64,000 nt of DNA, taken from the NCBI GenBank assembly GCA_965153355.1, contig OZ231126.1, positions 34,224,001 to 34,288,000 of the forward strand, read 5' to 3'. The first letter of the stretch is position 1. Every line of letters begins with the position of its first letter. The notes below the pieces were generated by a model, which was given only the letters and a program-made list of their open reading frames with translations, ran no database searches and had not been told where the DNA came from. Position numbers and translations under genes: made by a program. Source of the DNA: Flaccisagitta enflata. Taxonomy: Eukaryota. Below are positions 1 to 12,305 of this stretch, one piece after another.

Positions 1-106
1 GTTCTCCCCTCGAGGCAACATACACACGAAACGTGACCCCCTTTCACCTAAACGCAATACGAGGGTTCATTTTCCTTTGCCCATTCTCCAACCGAACGTG
101 AAACTG

Positions 107-192
107 AGGTTCTAAAGGGGCAGTGGTTGGAAGGAAGGTGCTAGAAGGTTCTAAAGGGGCAGTAGTTGGAAGGAAGGTGCTAGAAGGTTCTA
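107..192. repeat. 39-bp tandem repeat, ~2.2 copies
   Basis: AGGTTCTAAAGGGGCAGT(G/A)GTTGGAAGGAAGGTGCTAGA repeated. Confidence 0.8.
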
Positions 193-585
193 GGCAAGAA
201 AAAACCATTTCTATCGGGTCGTGTCCGAGCACTGAAAATTTGCGATATTTCTGAGATAGCCGCTTATGCGTCAGCAAGGTCCGTTTCATGGAGTGATACG
301 AAATCACGAAAGTTATGATTTTTCTGATTCTTGTTTTTGGAAGCGATAAAGAAACATCTCTGTTTTCCGAATTGAACTATCGTTAGAAGTTTGATCAAAC
401 GAGAGGCCGATGATTGGAATGTTTTTGGAGTCGTATTTGTCATTTTGAGACCGTGAACCGAGATGAAAACATTGATCAAGATTCCTGATCGATATTTCCA
501 TCTTTCAGGACATCGATGGTGAGCAGTGAAGGGAGAAAAATCCGGACGTCTTCAGTCTGATGTCCCAGAAGGCGAGTGAAAAGAA

Positions 586-910
586 AACAAGGCCAACACC
601 TGTAAGGCGCGTGCCAGACTTGTGATACTCGTGACACAATGTTGGGACACAATGTCGGGACACAGTGACCGGACACAATGTCGGGACACAATATCGGGAC
701 ACTGTCGGAACACAATGTCGGGAAACAATGTCAGGAAACAACATCGGGAAACAATACCGAGACACAATATTGGGACACAATGTGGGGACACAATGTTGGG
801 ACACAATGTCGGGACACAATGTCGGGACACAATGTCAAGAACGCCCGTAAACGCCAAAAAAGCAGTGTCACCGACTGACTGATGGACTGACAGACGGACC
901 GGGTTGTAGA
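586..910 (-). mobile_element. HINE/DINE-1-like element lacking its 5' hairpin, with a central 13-bp array
   Basis: AACAAGGCCAACACCTGTAAGGCGCGTG end; (ACACAATGTCGGG)n at ~631-836; GACY microsatellite then GGGTTGTAGA. Confidence 0.75.
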
Positions 911-1220
911 AAACCACTCTCTTTTTCTCCAAAAAGGAGCCTAACAATCCTAATGAATGATAACCCCATGTACAATGTGACCTTTCCATGGTATTGTAAA
1001 AGGAGACTACTTCCAATTTTGTCAAGTGGTATTTTTTTTTCTTTTGATCTGGTAGAAACCGTGGCTATTTTTTTTTTCTACTAATCTCTTTGTAGTCGAG
1101 TCTAAATGATGCGGTGCCGGTTCCCTGCTGACATTTTTAATCTGTCATGAGCAGATGATATTACAACGACAACTTTTTTGTGCAAAACGATATCTTACAC
1201 AAAGGTGTTTGAGTATACAT

Positions 1221-1408
1221 TTTTTAGTCACGTGCACGCTTAGCTTTTTTTCGTCGTTTTACGCCACTATAAGTCATTTTTAGTCATTTTAAGTTATTTA
1301 AGATTAATTGAAGTCAATTTACATTGAGTCTCTCAGACTTTTGGTCCTTTAGTCTTTTAGTCTTATGGTCTTTACAACCGCACGCGACTGTAAGGTGTTG
1401 GCCTTGTT
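1221..1408 (+). mobile_element. Short, internally deleted HINE-like element
   Basis: TTTTTAGTCACGTGCACGC ... AAGTCATTTT units ... GCACGCGACTGTAAGGTGTTGGCCTTGTT. Confidence 0.75.
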
Positions 1409-1635
1409 TTTCTTCAAACCAAGTTGGCTTTTTGTGTCTCTGATATGCGTTTGGGAACAAACTGAGCAAGGGAAGTACTGCCGAGCGAATAGTGAGTGAA
1501 ACAGTCTTACAAATTTGGTACGTGACTAACAAATGGTAAAATTCACGGAACAATGAAAAACAAAGAAAAAGAAGATGAAAAGACAACAACGTTGTTTGAC
1601 GGTAAATGACACTTTGGCCCGATGATTCACCAGAT

Positions 1636-1834
1636 CAAGGCCGGATACACGGCTACCGAAGTCGCGTGTGGGTGGGCAGGGGCCATATTTGAGGTCACTA
1701 GACCATTTAAGCAATAGCTGTAGGGTCAAAGAAATAAAATCATAAAAAAAGTAAAACGTGACCGACCGACCAACTGACTGACCAACAGACGGACGGACAA
1801 AGCGGGTTGTAGAGTCTCGTGCACGCGACTAAAA
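1636..1834 (-). mobile_element. HINE-like element, ~200-bp GGCCGGATACACGGC subfamily
   Basis: CAAGGCCGGATACACGGC stem-loop, AGTCGCGTG subTIR, GACC/GACG microsatellite, AGTCTCGTGCACGCGACTAAAA; closely similar to 13593-13790. Confidence 0.85.
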
Positions 1835-2292
1835 ATCCATATAATCCAAGTTTTTCATTGCATCGGTGTTGATTGGATGAGCCTGAGCACGGAGAGACTT
1901 TAGCTTAAGGCTTTTTGCAAGGGAGTACGAGGGTTCGACTCATTCTACGCGCCGAGCGTGAACGATATCAGAGGATGAAATTAATAACAGCCTTCACAAA
2001 CATTTCAAAATACACCGGGTTTTGGCAGCCACCGAAGTTTTGTATACACGTTGCAAGTGGCAAAAAAGAACAAAACATAACTATTTACCATGTCATTTGA
2101 AAAAGTATCTGCCACATGAGTCGAGAAAAACCGTCTCCCGCACCGATTAACGATTTGTTTTCTTTTCCATCTTCAAAGTGCGATCACGTAATACTCTTCG
2201 TCCATCCGTATGTCCTCCATTCGCCTTAACAGTAAAGCCTTCCGTCTCCGTCTACGTTTTTGTTTCTGTCTGTCTCTCTTTGTGTGTCTAAG

Positions 2293-2294
<2 letters not shown>

Positions 2295-2388
<94 letters not shown>
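2295..2388. repeat. (CT)n microsatellite, one of about 15 long CT/GA tracts
   Basis: Others at ~3594-3681, 4873-4976, 7988-8094, 16224-16258, 16847-16924, 23012-23057, 27708-27755, 28176-28235, 35654-35707, 39105-39200, 49869-49945, 51573-51660, 57397-57453, 58067-58164, 59117-59237, 60437-60531. Confidence 0.97.
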
Positions 2389-2390
<2 letters not shown>

Positions 2391-3590
2391 CTTTTGTTTC
2401 CTACATGGGGTGGTTTTGTTTGTTTTCTTCCCCTCTATACAATTCTTTCCATTCGCTTCTTTTACATTTTCGTCTATTGTTCTTCCCTCTAAAGCTTCCT
2501 CGGCCTCCTTAGAAAAGAAAAAAAAAACTACACCACTGGCATTCTTTTGCCACCATCTTCGCCTCCACTGCCGGTTTTCTAACAGTCTACCACTTCAAGC
2601 TCCACTACCAGCGGTACTTTCACTGCCATTGAAATCTCCTTTATTCACCCCGCCTCCACGGCCACGATTGCTATCTTCTCTGCTCCCTCCACCAAGGCTA
2701 CCGCTACATTCGCTTTCATCAACTCCGCCACCTCCACCATTTCTTCGAATCTTCCCACCATCTTTCACACGCTTACTTCTCTCATTTTGGCCGACCATAT
2801 TTTTTTTTCTCTTGTCCTTCGCCCATAAATTCTCAAACGGTTTTCCCACTTTTCTTCTTCCTCTTTTTCCTTCTTCTTCCTTCTTCTTCCTCAGTTCTTT
2901 TTTGTTTTCTTCTTTTTTGTTGATTTTTCTTTTCCTCCATTTTGACGCAACCTCTTCGTATAAGCATCTTCCTTCGCCCTCATTATCAACCAATATCCTC
3001 TCATTTCCTTTTTAAATCATTATTCAAAATTACCATCTTTATTATGATCGTCACCGGTAACAAATATTAATCGTTATTCAAGAACAATTCGGTGAAACTG
3101 TTTTGAACCTCAGTAAGATGTTTTGCCCTTGGCATGACAATTTCAACTTCTTGTTTAATTCGAATCAAAATACACTACTGATCTTAACTGGTTTTCTCGT
3201 ATAATTTTGTGAATTACTTAATTCTTTCATCCTCTTCTAGTCTTAAGAAAATCAAAACCATCACATTTCATCCCAGATCCCACAAGAAACCATCCCAATG
3301 CATCAGTAACATCTCATCCTATGAAACCTTTCCACTCCGTCCCCTCTCATTCTAAACGATCGGTTTACCATGCCACAAGCTCCATATCACCAACACTTTA
3401 GACCACTTTCATACGTGAAAAATTCACAAATACCTGCTTATCGTCCCGGGCCAGCTCCTAAACCATTTATCTTGAAAAAAAAGGAAAATATGGCCATGTA
3501 CTAAGGCTTACACACGCCATTCAAGCCTCACTCTCGCTTCTTGACTCGACTTGACCCGCCTCTCGTTAGCGCGAGGTTGACTCACCTTGG

Positions 3591-3684
<94 letters not shown>

Positions 3685-4869
3685 TCTGGAGGTCCGAACC
3701 ACTTCAACGTCTGTTGGGGATTTTTGTTCCAAGTGACCCACTTTTCTTCGTCGGCGTTCTCTGACTGCCCTCAGGGGCGGCGTCCTCCTCTTAAGAGAGG
3801 CGCTTACCGTTGAGGCGAGGCGCCACGCCGCTGGACTCGGAAGAACTGCCGTCCACCCAATCCCCCCCCCCCCGCCACCATCGGTGCTGGTGTTATCCTC
3901 TTCGCGCTTGCGTGCCTCCGATAAGCGCTCTCTGTTCGGTTGGCTGATCCTCATTGACCTCCTTTATTCACCTTGCAACTCACCTTTTTTTACGAAGGAG
4001 TATCTTCGAAACCAGCCACGCTGCTCCCTCTCACTCTTTTCTTTTTTGCCCATACCTTGTTTGCGAAAAAGGACACTATTATTCGATGATCATCTATTGA
4101 GTCCTTCATCAATCAATACGTTCTACTCTACGCATCCCCTGGTCATCCATGCTTTAATCTGATTTTGATATGACTTGCTACCGTGATATCATCACGTCTC
4201 GGGAATACAACTATTTGTTAATTCCAAATCCCACCAGTCTGAGTCACGCTCTTGCAATTTTTAACACGAAAATTCGCGGGATTGGACAATTCTATGATTG
4301 TTATCGACATATGGGACCAAAGTTGGACTGACAGAGGACCTGTCTAAATGTCACACGTGTTCACGGGCTTATTATTGAAGTCGCGAAGAAAACAAGCAAG
4401 GTGACTGGACGAATAGACGGACGCGACTAAATATAGTTATCCAAAATGTTTAATATTCTACTAGTGCAAGTATCGTACTCAAACTCGTTCCAACCGTGCT
4501 CCAGTTCATATCACCGCACCAGTCACTTCAAAAGATTTCTTTTGCATTCTTGAACCTACCTTCCCTCCCCTTACATCTTTCCTTACATCGGCCATTGCCC
4601 CCCCCCCCCCCTCCCCCTGTCCCCTTTCGTCTTATTTATAGTTGTCCTTACATTACTGCAGGGAAGGATAAAAATCCAGCGACTGCGCGTTGTGGGTATT
4701 GTAGGCGTTTGTGCGAAACCGTTTTTATTTACCTGAAAACTAGACAGGAGGCAAACAATAACAATTCATCTCGTTCCCAGTTAATATGACAGTTATTTCT
4801 TGTTCGCCACTTCGCCGGTAAATCAACCGCAACAAAAAAAAACATTTTTTGTTTTCCCTTAACGTTAAA

Positions 4870-4979
<110 letters not shown>

Positions 4980-6104
4980 GTCTTTTTTGTTTTGCCGTTA
5001 TTTGTTTCCTCCTGATTAATAGTCCTCAGCATGGTTGTGACGTGAATTTGGGCTTGATAGGAAATCTTTTGAGGTCAGTGACCATTGTTCGTGTTTTCAT
5101 GTCGCATCCTCACCGCCACACGACCAAAACATGTCGTAATTTTATTAACGACAAAAACAAACATAATTCTAAATTCGTGTGCCAATGGTATGACGCAGTT
5201 ATAACTAAATGAACCACAAAATGAGAAGTATGATGGACCAACGGACACATAGGTGGACAGACGGACCAACCTATGAGTTCTTGGTCTATCTGCGTGCGCG
5301 CGACTCATAAATCAAATGAGAAGGAGAAAAGACAAAAAGAGAAAGTGTCGACAAACTCGACATTGGCTTACATCCTCCATTCACATCACGTTTGCGCAAT
5401 CAGAGAAAATATCATCGTGGAACGAAAGAAGAACAATGAAAAAAAAAGTCTTTTGGTCTTATTTTTTTCTTCCCAATTTCTTACAGTCTCCTCCTTTTCT
5501 TCCCCTTGACTTGGCGGTTCTGGGCGCGCGACGCTTCAGGGCCATGAGGGAGAAAAGAGAAAGGTTTCTGCACTGTAGTCTATAGTTAGGCTCATTTATG
5601 GGCCACTTGGTTACTCGCTTTAATGGTATGGCTACATTGTTTTGCTCATTTTACAGGGCTCTGGCTGGTTTCTACGTAGAAATGAGTACCATTGAGCATC
5701 GATAGTGAAGCCTCTTTCACTTCTAGTTCTACGTTTAACAATATATCTGCTGTACCAGTAATACCAGTATCTCTTCCAACTATCAAATGGAAAGTGGTCA
5801 ATTGCAATTTGGCATTTAAACGGTATCATTGACCCACGCGAACACGGACGCGAACGCGAACGCGAACTCGCTGAACGCTGCCAAGAAGACGAAGAGAAAG
5901 AGAAGAAAGGGAAAGAGAAAGAGGAGAAGGAGCCGGAAGCATGAGTAATTGGGCGACAGGCGAAGGTGAGTCTGGAGGCTCCTTGACTGCCATTGGCCCC
6001 GTGATACGCAGTCTGGTCGTGGGTCAGAGGTTAGTCATGGTGTGACTAGACTCCCCATTGAGATGGAACCCGAGACTCGGGATCGAGACGTCGATGAGGG
6101 CCAC

Positions 6105-6196
6105 CACTGCACCGCACTGCACTGCACCACTGCACCGCACTGCACTGCACCACTGCACCACCCACTGCCCAGCACTGCACCACTGCACCACCCACT
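6105..6196. repeat. Degenerate (CACTG)n repeat
   Basis: CACTGCACCGCACTGCACTGCACCACTG... Confidence 0.75.
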
Positions 6197-6401
6197 CACA
6201 CGCATGTATCGCCTTTTATTAGGTCTTTCCCTCAAGTCTTTTCTTAGGTCTTTCCCTCAAGTCGCGTGTTTTTAACTATGTTCTCCGTTCCGTCCGGTAA
6301 TAATTCGATTTTCATCTCCGCGTATCATCTTGGTTCCTTTTCAACAGATCGACAATTTTCGACTCTTAAGATTCACTAGAGAATAAATCGAATCGTCTTA
6401 C

Positions 6402-6515
6402 TTTTTAGGTGCGCCAAAGCACCTCTATAATAGGCTATGTCCGTCGGTTGGTCTGTTGGGTAACGCATTTGTTTGACGATCCACCCGGCGCACCTCATTG
6501 GCCTACTTGCCCTTT
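6402..6515 (+). mobile_element. Short HINE-like element, AGGTGCG subfamily
   Basis: TTTTTAGGTGCGCCAAAGCACCT hairpin, GTCY run, distal GGCGCACCT subTIR, GGCCTACTTGCCC end; homologous to 6558-6680 and 30652-30775. Confidence 0.8.
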
Positions 6516-6557
6516 TTTTCTTCTTTTTCCCGTTTTTTCCTTTCCTTCTCTTTAAAA

Positions 6558-6680
6558 AACAAGGCTAAGTAGGCCAATAAGATGCGACGTGTGGATCGTC
6601 GAACGAATGCGTTACCCGACCGACCGAGAGACCGACCGACGGACACAGCCAGTTATAGACCTGCTTTGTCGCACCTAAAA
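6558..6680 (-). mobile_element. Short HINE-like element, AGGTGCG subfamily
   Basis: AACAAGGCTAAGTAGGCC ... GGATCGTCGAAC ... (GACC)n ... GTCGCACCTAAAA. Confidence 0.8.
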
Positions 6681-6718
6681 TCATTCTCAAACAATCCAAA
6701 ACGGAAGCGCGCACGCGC

Positions 6719-6724
<6 letters not shown>

Positions 6725-6810
<86 letters not shown>
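6725..6810. repeat. (CA)n microsatellite
   Basis: Pure CA tract; others at ~15899-16102 and (TG)n 62276-62446. Confidence 0.97.
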
Positions 6811-6814
<4 letters not shown>

Positions 6815-7049
6815 TTGCTTTGCGCCATAGTGGTCCCACAGCAGCAAAGAGGACGTCAAAGTCATGTGACCACTGATATCTTTGGGATGGTGTCGGTGAA
6901 GTGACACTTTACGCTCCAAACTTATCTCCTCAAATCATTGGAGCATCGTGTCAAGAGACCCTCTTGAGATCGGTGCACATAGCAGAGTGGCGATCGCACG
7001 CTAGTGAAGTAGTTGTGTTGGTGTGTTGGTGTGTTGGTGTGTTGGTGTG

Positions 7050-7457
7050 CACAATAGCTCTAAATCACCACCTATCAAGTAAAATTACCTATCTCAACTC
7101 CAGCCCCCCCAAACCACCCCTTTCCACCCACACAACAGCTCTAAATCACCACCTATCAAGTAAAATTACCTATCTCAACTCCAGCCCCCCCAAACCACCC
7201 CTTTCCACCCCCACAATAGCTCGAAATCACCACCTATCAAGTAGAATTACCTATCTCAACTCCAGGCCCCCCAAACCACCCCAAACCACCCACACAATAG
7301 CTCTAAATCACCACCTATCAAGTAAAATTACCTATCTCAACTCCAGCCCCCCCCAAACCACCCCTTTCCACCCACACAATAGCTCTAAATCACCACCTAT
7401 CGAGTAAAATTACCTATCTCAACTCCAGCCCCCCCAAACCACCCCTTTCCACCCACA
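7050..7457. repeat. ~81-bp minisatellite, 5 copies
   Basis: CACAATAGCTCTAAATCACCACCTATCAAGTAAAATTACCTATCTCAACTCCAGCCCCCCCAAACCACCCCTTTCCACCCA units. Confidence 0.95.
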
Positions 7458-7849
7458 CGTGTGTTGATGTTGGAGTGTTGGTGTTGGTGTGTTGGTTTGA
7501 CGTCGTACATACTATTTTGCAAATAGAAGTGCGAAATAATAAAAAAGTGAATACAAGCGGAGATATCTAGAATATACGAGCGATTCAACACATACGCCTT
7601 TCGTTGACTTTTGACAAGTTGATAGAAAAATTGTTCATTGTTCGTTCATATTTTTTTCCAAGTCTGTTTGAAATAGATATGAAAGGCGGGTGCTGAGCAC
7701 CTGGTTTATCTCCAATGTATTGAAATGCTCCTCTGTATATGAAGACTAACTCGCAAATCTAAAAAAAGGCACAATTCTAAATGGCTAATTTTGCCTCTCC
7801 TCCCCCTCCCCCCCCTTAAAAAAAACTAAAAGAAAACACCATCTAGATT

Positions 7850-8098
<249 letters not shown>

Positions 8099-8503
8099 TA
8101 CCACATTCTGTTCGTTGTCTCTTTGTCAGTTATTCATGCTTGTGTGATAAATGTTGAAAAAATTCATGTCTTCATGTCTCCATATTTATGCCTCTTTATT
8201 CGTGCCTCCATATTCATGTCTTCACTTTCTTCCTTCGTGTGACAACATAACCAAACTCGAAGACGAAGCACGTATCCAAAACACGTAAAAAAATACCGTA
8301 TTTCCTGTAATTCCCCCCCCCCTTTTTTTCAAGAAAGGAAGAGACCACAACAAAGAAGATTTTGATAGAAAAGGATAGTGAACACATGATAAATTGAATC
8401 TTTTTCAGCAGACACCTTAAAACCCGCATAAATTGTAGGGACATATTATCATATTTTAGGGTTTCATTATAGAAAATTCTTTAGGGTTTCCTATACTGTA
8501 TTC

Positions 8504-8663
8504 AACAAGGCCGGACACACGGCCATCAGTTGCGGACGAGTGGGCAGGAGCGGAAATACGCGTTTTCCCACTTTTCGTTTCGATGGTTACAGACGGACAG
8601 ACGGACGGACGGACGGACGGACGGACAAAGCCTCTTATAGAGTTGCGTGTCCGCAACTAAAAA
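8504..8663 (-). mobile_element. HINE-like element, AGTTGCG subfamily
   Basis: GGCCGGACACACGGCC stem-loop; AGTTGCGGAC is the exact reverse complement of terminal GTCCGCAACT; (GACG)n; AGTTGCG-TGTC-CGCAACT hairpin. Confidence 0.88.
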
Positions 8664-8724
8664 TGATCGAACGCCAATTACACAGTAAAACTGATAATGT
8701 CCCATTTCAATTTCAAAAGCAATT

Positions 8725-10619
8725 AACCAGCAGACTTAAACCAGCAGACTTAAACCAGCAGACTTAAACCAGCAGACTTAAACCAGCAGACTTAAACCAG
8801 CAGACTTAAACCAGCAGACTTAAACCAGCAGTCTTAAACCAGCAGACTTAAACAAGCAGACTTAAACCAGCAGTCCAAAACCAGCAGACTTAAACAAGCA
8901 GACTTAAACCAGCAGACTTAAACCAGCAGACTTTAACCAGCCAACTTAAACCAGCAGACTTAAACGAGCAAACTTAAACCAGCAAACTTAAACCAGCCGA
9001 CTTAAACCAGCCAGCTTAAACAAGTCAACTTAAACCAGCCGACTTAAACAAGCAGACTTAAACCAGCAGACTTGAAATGACATAAATGACCAAAACATAC
9101 CAAAAAACATAAATGACCAAAAAACCAAAAACCAAAAAACCAAAAAACAAAAAAACAAAAAACAAAGAACCAAAAAAAAACAACCTAAAGGCCAACACCT
9201 ATAACCAAAACACAAAAAATAACAAAAACCAAAAAACCAAAAACCAAAAAATCAAAAAACCAAAAAACCAAAAACCAAAAAATAAAAAAAACCAAAAAAC
9301 CAAAAACCAAAAACCAAAAAAAAAACAAGAAGCCAAAAAACAAAAAAACAAAAAACAAGAAAAAACAAAAAAAAACAAAAAACAAAAAACAAAAAATAAA
9401 AAAAAAAAACAAAAAAAAACAAAAAAACAAAAAATAAAAAACAAAAAACAAAAAAAACAAAAAAACAAAAAATCCAATAAAACAAAAAAAAACCAAAAAA
9501 CCAAAAACATCAACGACCAAAACATACCAAAAAACCAAAAAGCCAATAACCAAAAAACCAAACAACCAAAAACAAATGACCAAAAAAAAGGCAAAAAACC
9601 ATGTTAAATGACCAAAAAACAAAAAACCAAAAACCAGAAAACCAAATAACCAAAAAACCAAAAACCAAAAACCAAAAACAAAAAAAAACAAACAAAAAAC
9701 CAAAAAACATAATTGACCAAAACATACCAAAAAAGCATGTTAAATGACCAAAAATGACCTGAAATGTCCTTAAATGACTTAAAATGACTTAAAACTACTT
9801 TTAATGCCCAAAAATGACACACATGACTTAAATGAACAAAGTGACGTAAGACGGCGTTCCTCCGAAGGCAACATTTGCGTTCCAAGGGGAGTCAAAGTAA
9901 AAAATTAGAATGATTGAAACTGAATGATTAAACTAAAATATTCATTGAGATGTTTCATGATTGATATTTTTTTGCATAACTTACATTCAAACATGAAAAA
10001 GAACCAAATGAAGCTAACATTAATGAAAAAAATAAAGTGCAAATTATTGAAAATTTCATTTTTGGTAACTGACAGGGGGCCTGTTGAAATTCTAAGATTG
10101 CATAGAAAATGAATAAAACAAAGTTCTCGATTACGAAGAGAACTATGTTTTTGGAAATGCAAAATTTCCCTGCATTTGAGAGTCTTAGAATTTAAACGGC
10201 AAGAACATACAAAAAATGTAAGCAAAATTTCATTAAAAACCTTTATTTTTTTACTTTTCTCATATGAATTGCATAGTCAAAATCATTTTTTAGGTCAGAA
10301 TATGATAGAAATGTATACACCAAGTGTCTTTAGAGACAATTTATCTCTTAAAATCATTCTTGCACCATTATTGTCCAGAGAAAGATGCAAAAAGTATACT
10401 GAAACACTTAGTTTTCCTTCAAAAACTTGCCGTCATAAATGATCAAAAATGACTAAAAGCAACCAAAAATGACCAAAAACAACAAAAAACTGACTCAAAA
10501 TAACTCCAGATGACCAAAAATGACCAAAAATGTCACAAAAAAGCACAGTGTTACGGACCGACGGACCGACCGACCGACCGACGGAGCCAGTTGAAGAGTC
10601 GCCTGCACGCGACTAAAAA
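8725..10619 (-). mobile_element. Long satellite-bearing HINE-like element (3' end not visible)
   Basis: (TTAAACCAGCAGAC)n ~8725-9072; A/C-rich array ~9080-9750; AAATGACT units; (GACC)n; GAGTCGCCTGCACGCGACTAAAAA. Collinear with 17483-19820. Confidence 0.85.
9850..10434. mobile_element. ~585-bp AT-rich insertion with imperfect TIRs inside the long HINE
   Basis: Absent from the paralogous site at ~19047-19070; both ends read inward GACGGC-N8-GAAGG. Confidence 0.7.
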
Positions 10620-10762
10620 CTGAAAACGAATTTTCAGCGGTCTTTTTATTTTTTTCTTCTTTTTTTTGAGAGAGAGAGAGAGACGGGGTTTACGAGGAGG
10701 AAGAGGAGGAGAAAAAGGCCCGAGAAAACTTACAACTGGGCTTAGAAGAGATATAAGAAAGG

Positions 10763-12305
10763 AACAAGGCCGGATACACGGGCCAAGACGGTGCGCCGAG
10801 CGTTATTTATTCATAGCTATCCCTAGCTCCATCAGACCTATCCCTAGCTCTATCAAACCATTCCTAGCTCTGTCAGACCTATCCCGCCGGGCATTATCAA
10901 TCCATAGCTATCCCTAGCTCCATCAGACCTATCCCTAGCTCTATCAGACCATTCCTAGCTCTATAAGACCTATCCCGAGCTCTATCAGGCCTCTCCCGAG
11001 CTCTATCAGACCTTTCCCAAGCTCTATTAGACCTATCACCAGCTCTATCAGACCCATCCCCAGCTCTATCAGACCTATCCTAAGACCTATCCGACCTATC
11101 CCCAGCTCTATACGACCTAACCGTAGCTGAGTATATTAGTATCGTTTATGATATATATGATATATATGATAAATTGATATATATGATATATACGATATAT
11201 ATGATATATATGATATATATGATATATGATATGATATATGATATATATGATATGATATATGATATGATATGATATATGATATGATATATGATATGATATG
11301 ATATATGATATGATATATGACAGGATATACGACAGGATATATGACAGGATATATGATATATATGATATGATATTTGATATGATATATGATGTGACATATG
11401 ATATGATATATGATATGATATATGATATGATACATGATATGATATATGATATGATATGATATATGATATGATATATGATATGATATATGATATGATATAT
11501 GATATGATATATGATATGATATATGATATGATATATGATATGATATGATATGATATATGATATGATATATGATATGATATATGATATATGATATGATATA
11601 TGATATGATATGATATATGATATGATATATGATATGATATATGATATGATGTGTGATATGATGTGTGATATGATGTGTGATATGATGTATGATATGATGT
11701 ATGATATGATGTATGATATGATGTATGATATGATGTATGATATGATGTATGATATGATATATGATATGATATGATATATGATATGATATATGATATGATA
11801 TATGATATGATATATGATATGATATATAATATATGATACATGATATGATATATGATATATGTTTGATATATGTATGATATATGTATATATATATATATGA
11901 TATATGATATATATATGTATGATATATATATATAATATATATGTGATATATGATATACGTATATGATGATATATATGATATGATATACATATCATTCATG
12001 ATATATATCATTTATGATATATTATTATCATTTATGATGAACGAAATGAGTTTTCTATTGATTTTAAACATTTTTAGCGATTTTTCATTCGAGCGTGACC
12101 AACGGATGGATGGACGGACGGACAGAGCTTCTTTTGGAGATGCTATGGCGCATCTAAAAATCATCCTAGCATATTTCTGAATCATTTCCAGTGATTTTTT
12201 CTTCTTTTCGAGATTTTCAACTCGAGCGTGACCGACCAACCGACCGACCGACCGACCGACCGACAGACAGAGCCTCTCATAGAGGTGCTATGGCGCACCT
12301 AAAAA
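10763..12305 (-). mobile_element. HINE-like element with 21-bp and (ATATG)n arrays and two 5' termini
   Basis: AACAAGGCCGGATACACGGGCC, subTIR GGTGCGCC; (ATCCCTAGCTCTATCAGACCT)n ~10815-11115; (ATATG)n ~11145-12010; termini AGATGCTATGGCGCATCTAAAAA (~12160) and AGGTGCTATGGCGCACCTAAAAA (~12305). Confidence 0.8.

Noticed and set aside
3805-3954. Possible minus-strand exon (MRISQPNRERL...) ending at a GTAAG donor
   Set aside because: No recognisable homology, contains a homopolymer run, and no partner exon found.
9030-9885. Lys/Asn-rich and Phe-rich ORFs up to 181 aa
   Set aside because: Translations of the A/C-rich array inside a HINE; open in several frames on both strands.
11117-12011. ~290-aa Ile/Tyr/His/Ser ORFs
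   Set aside because: Read-through of the (ATATG)n satellite in all three frames.
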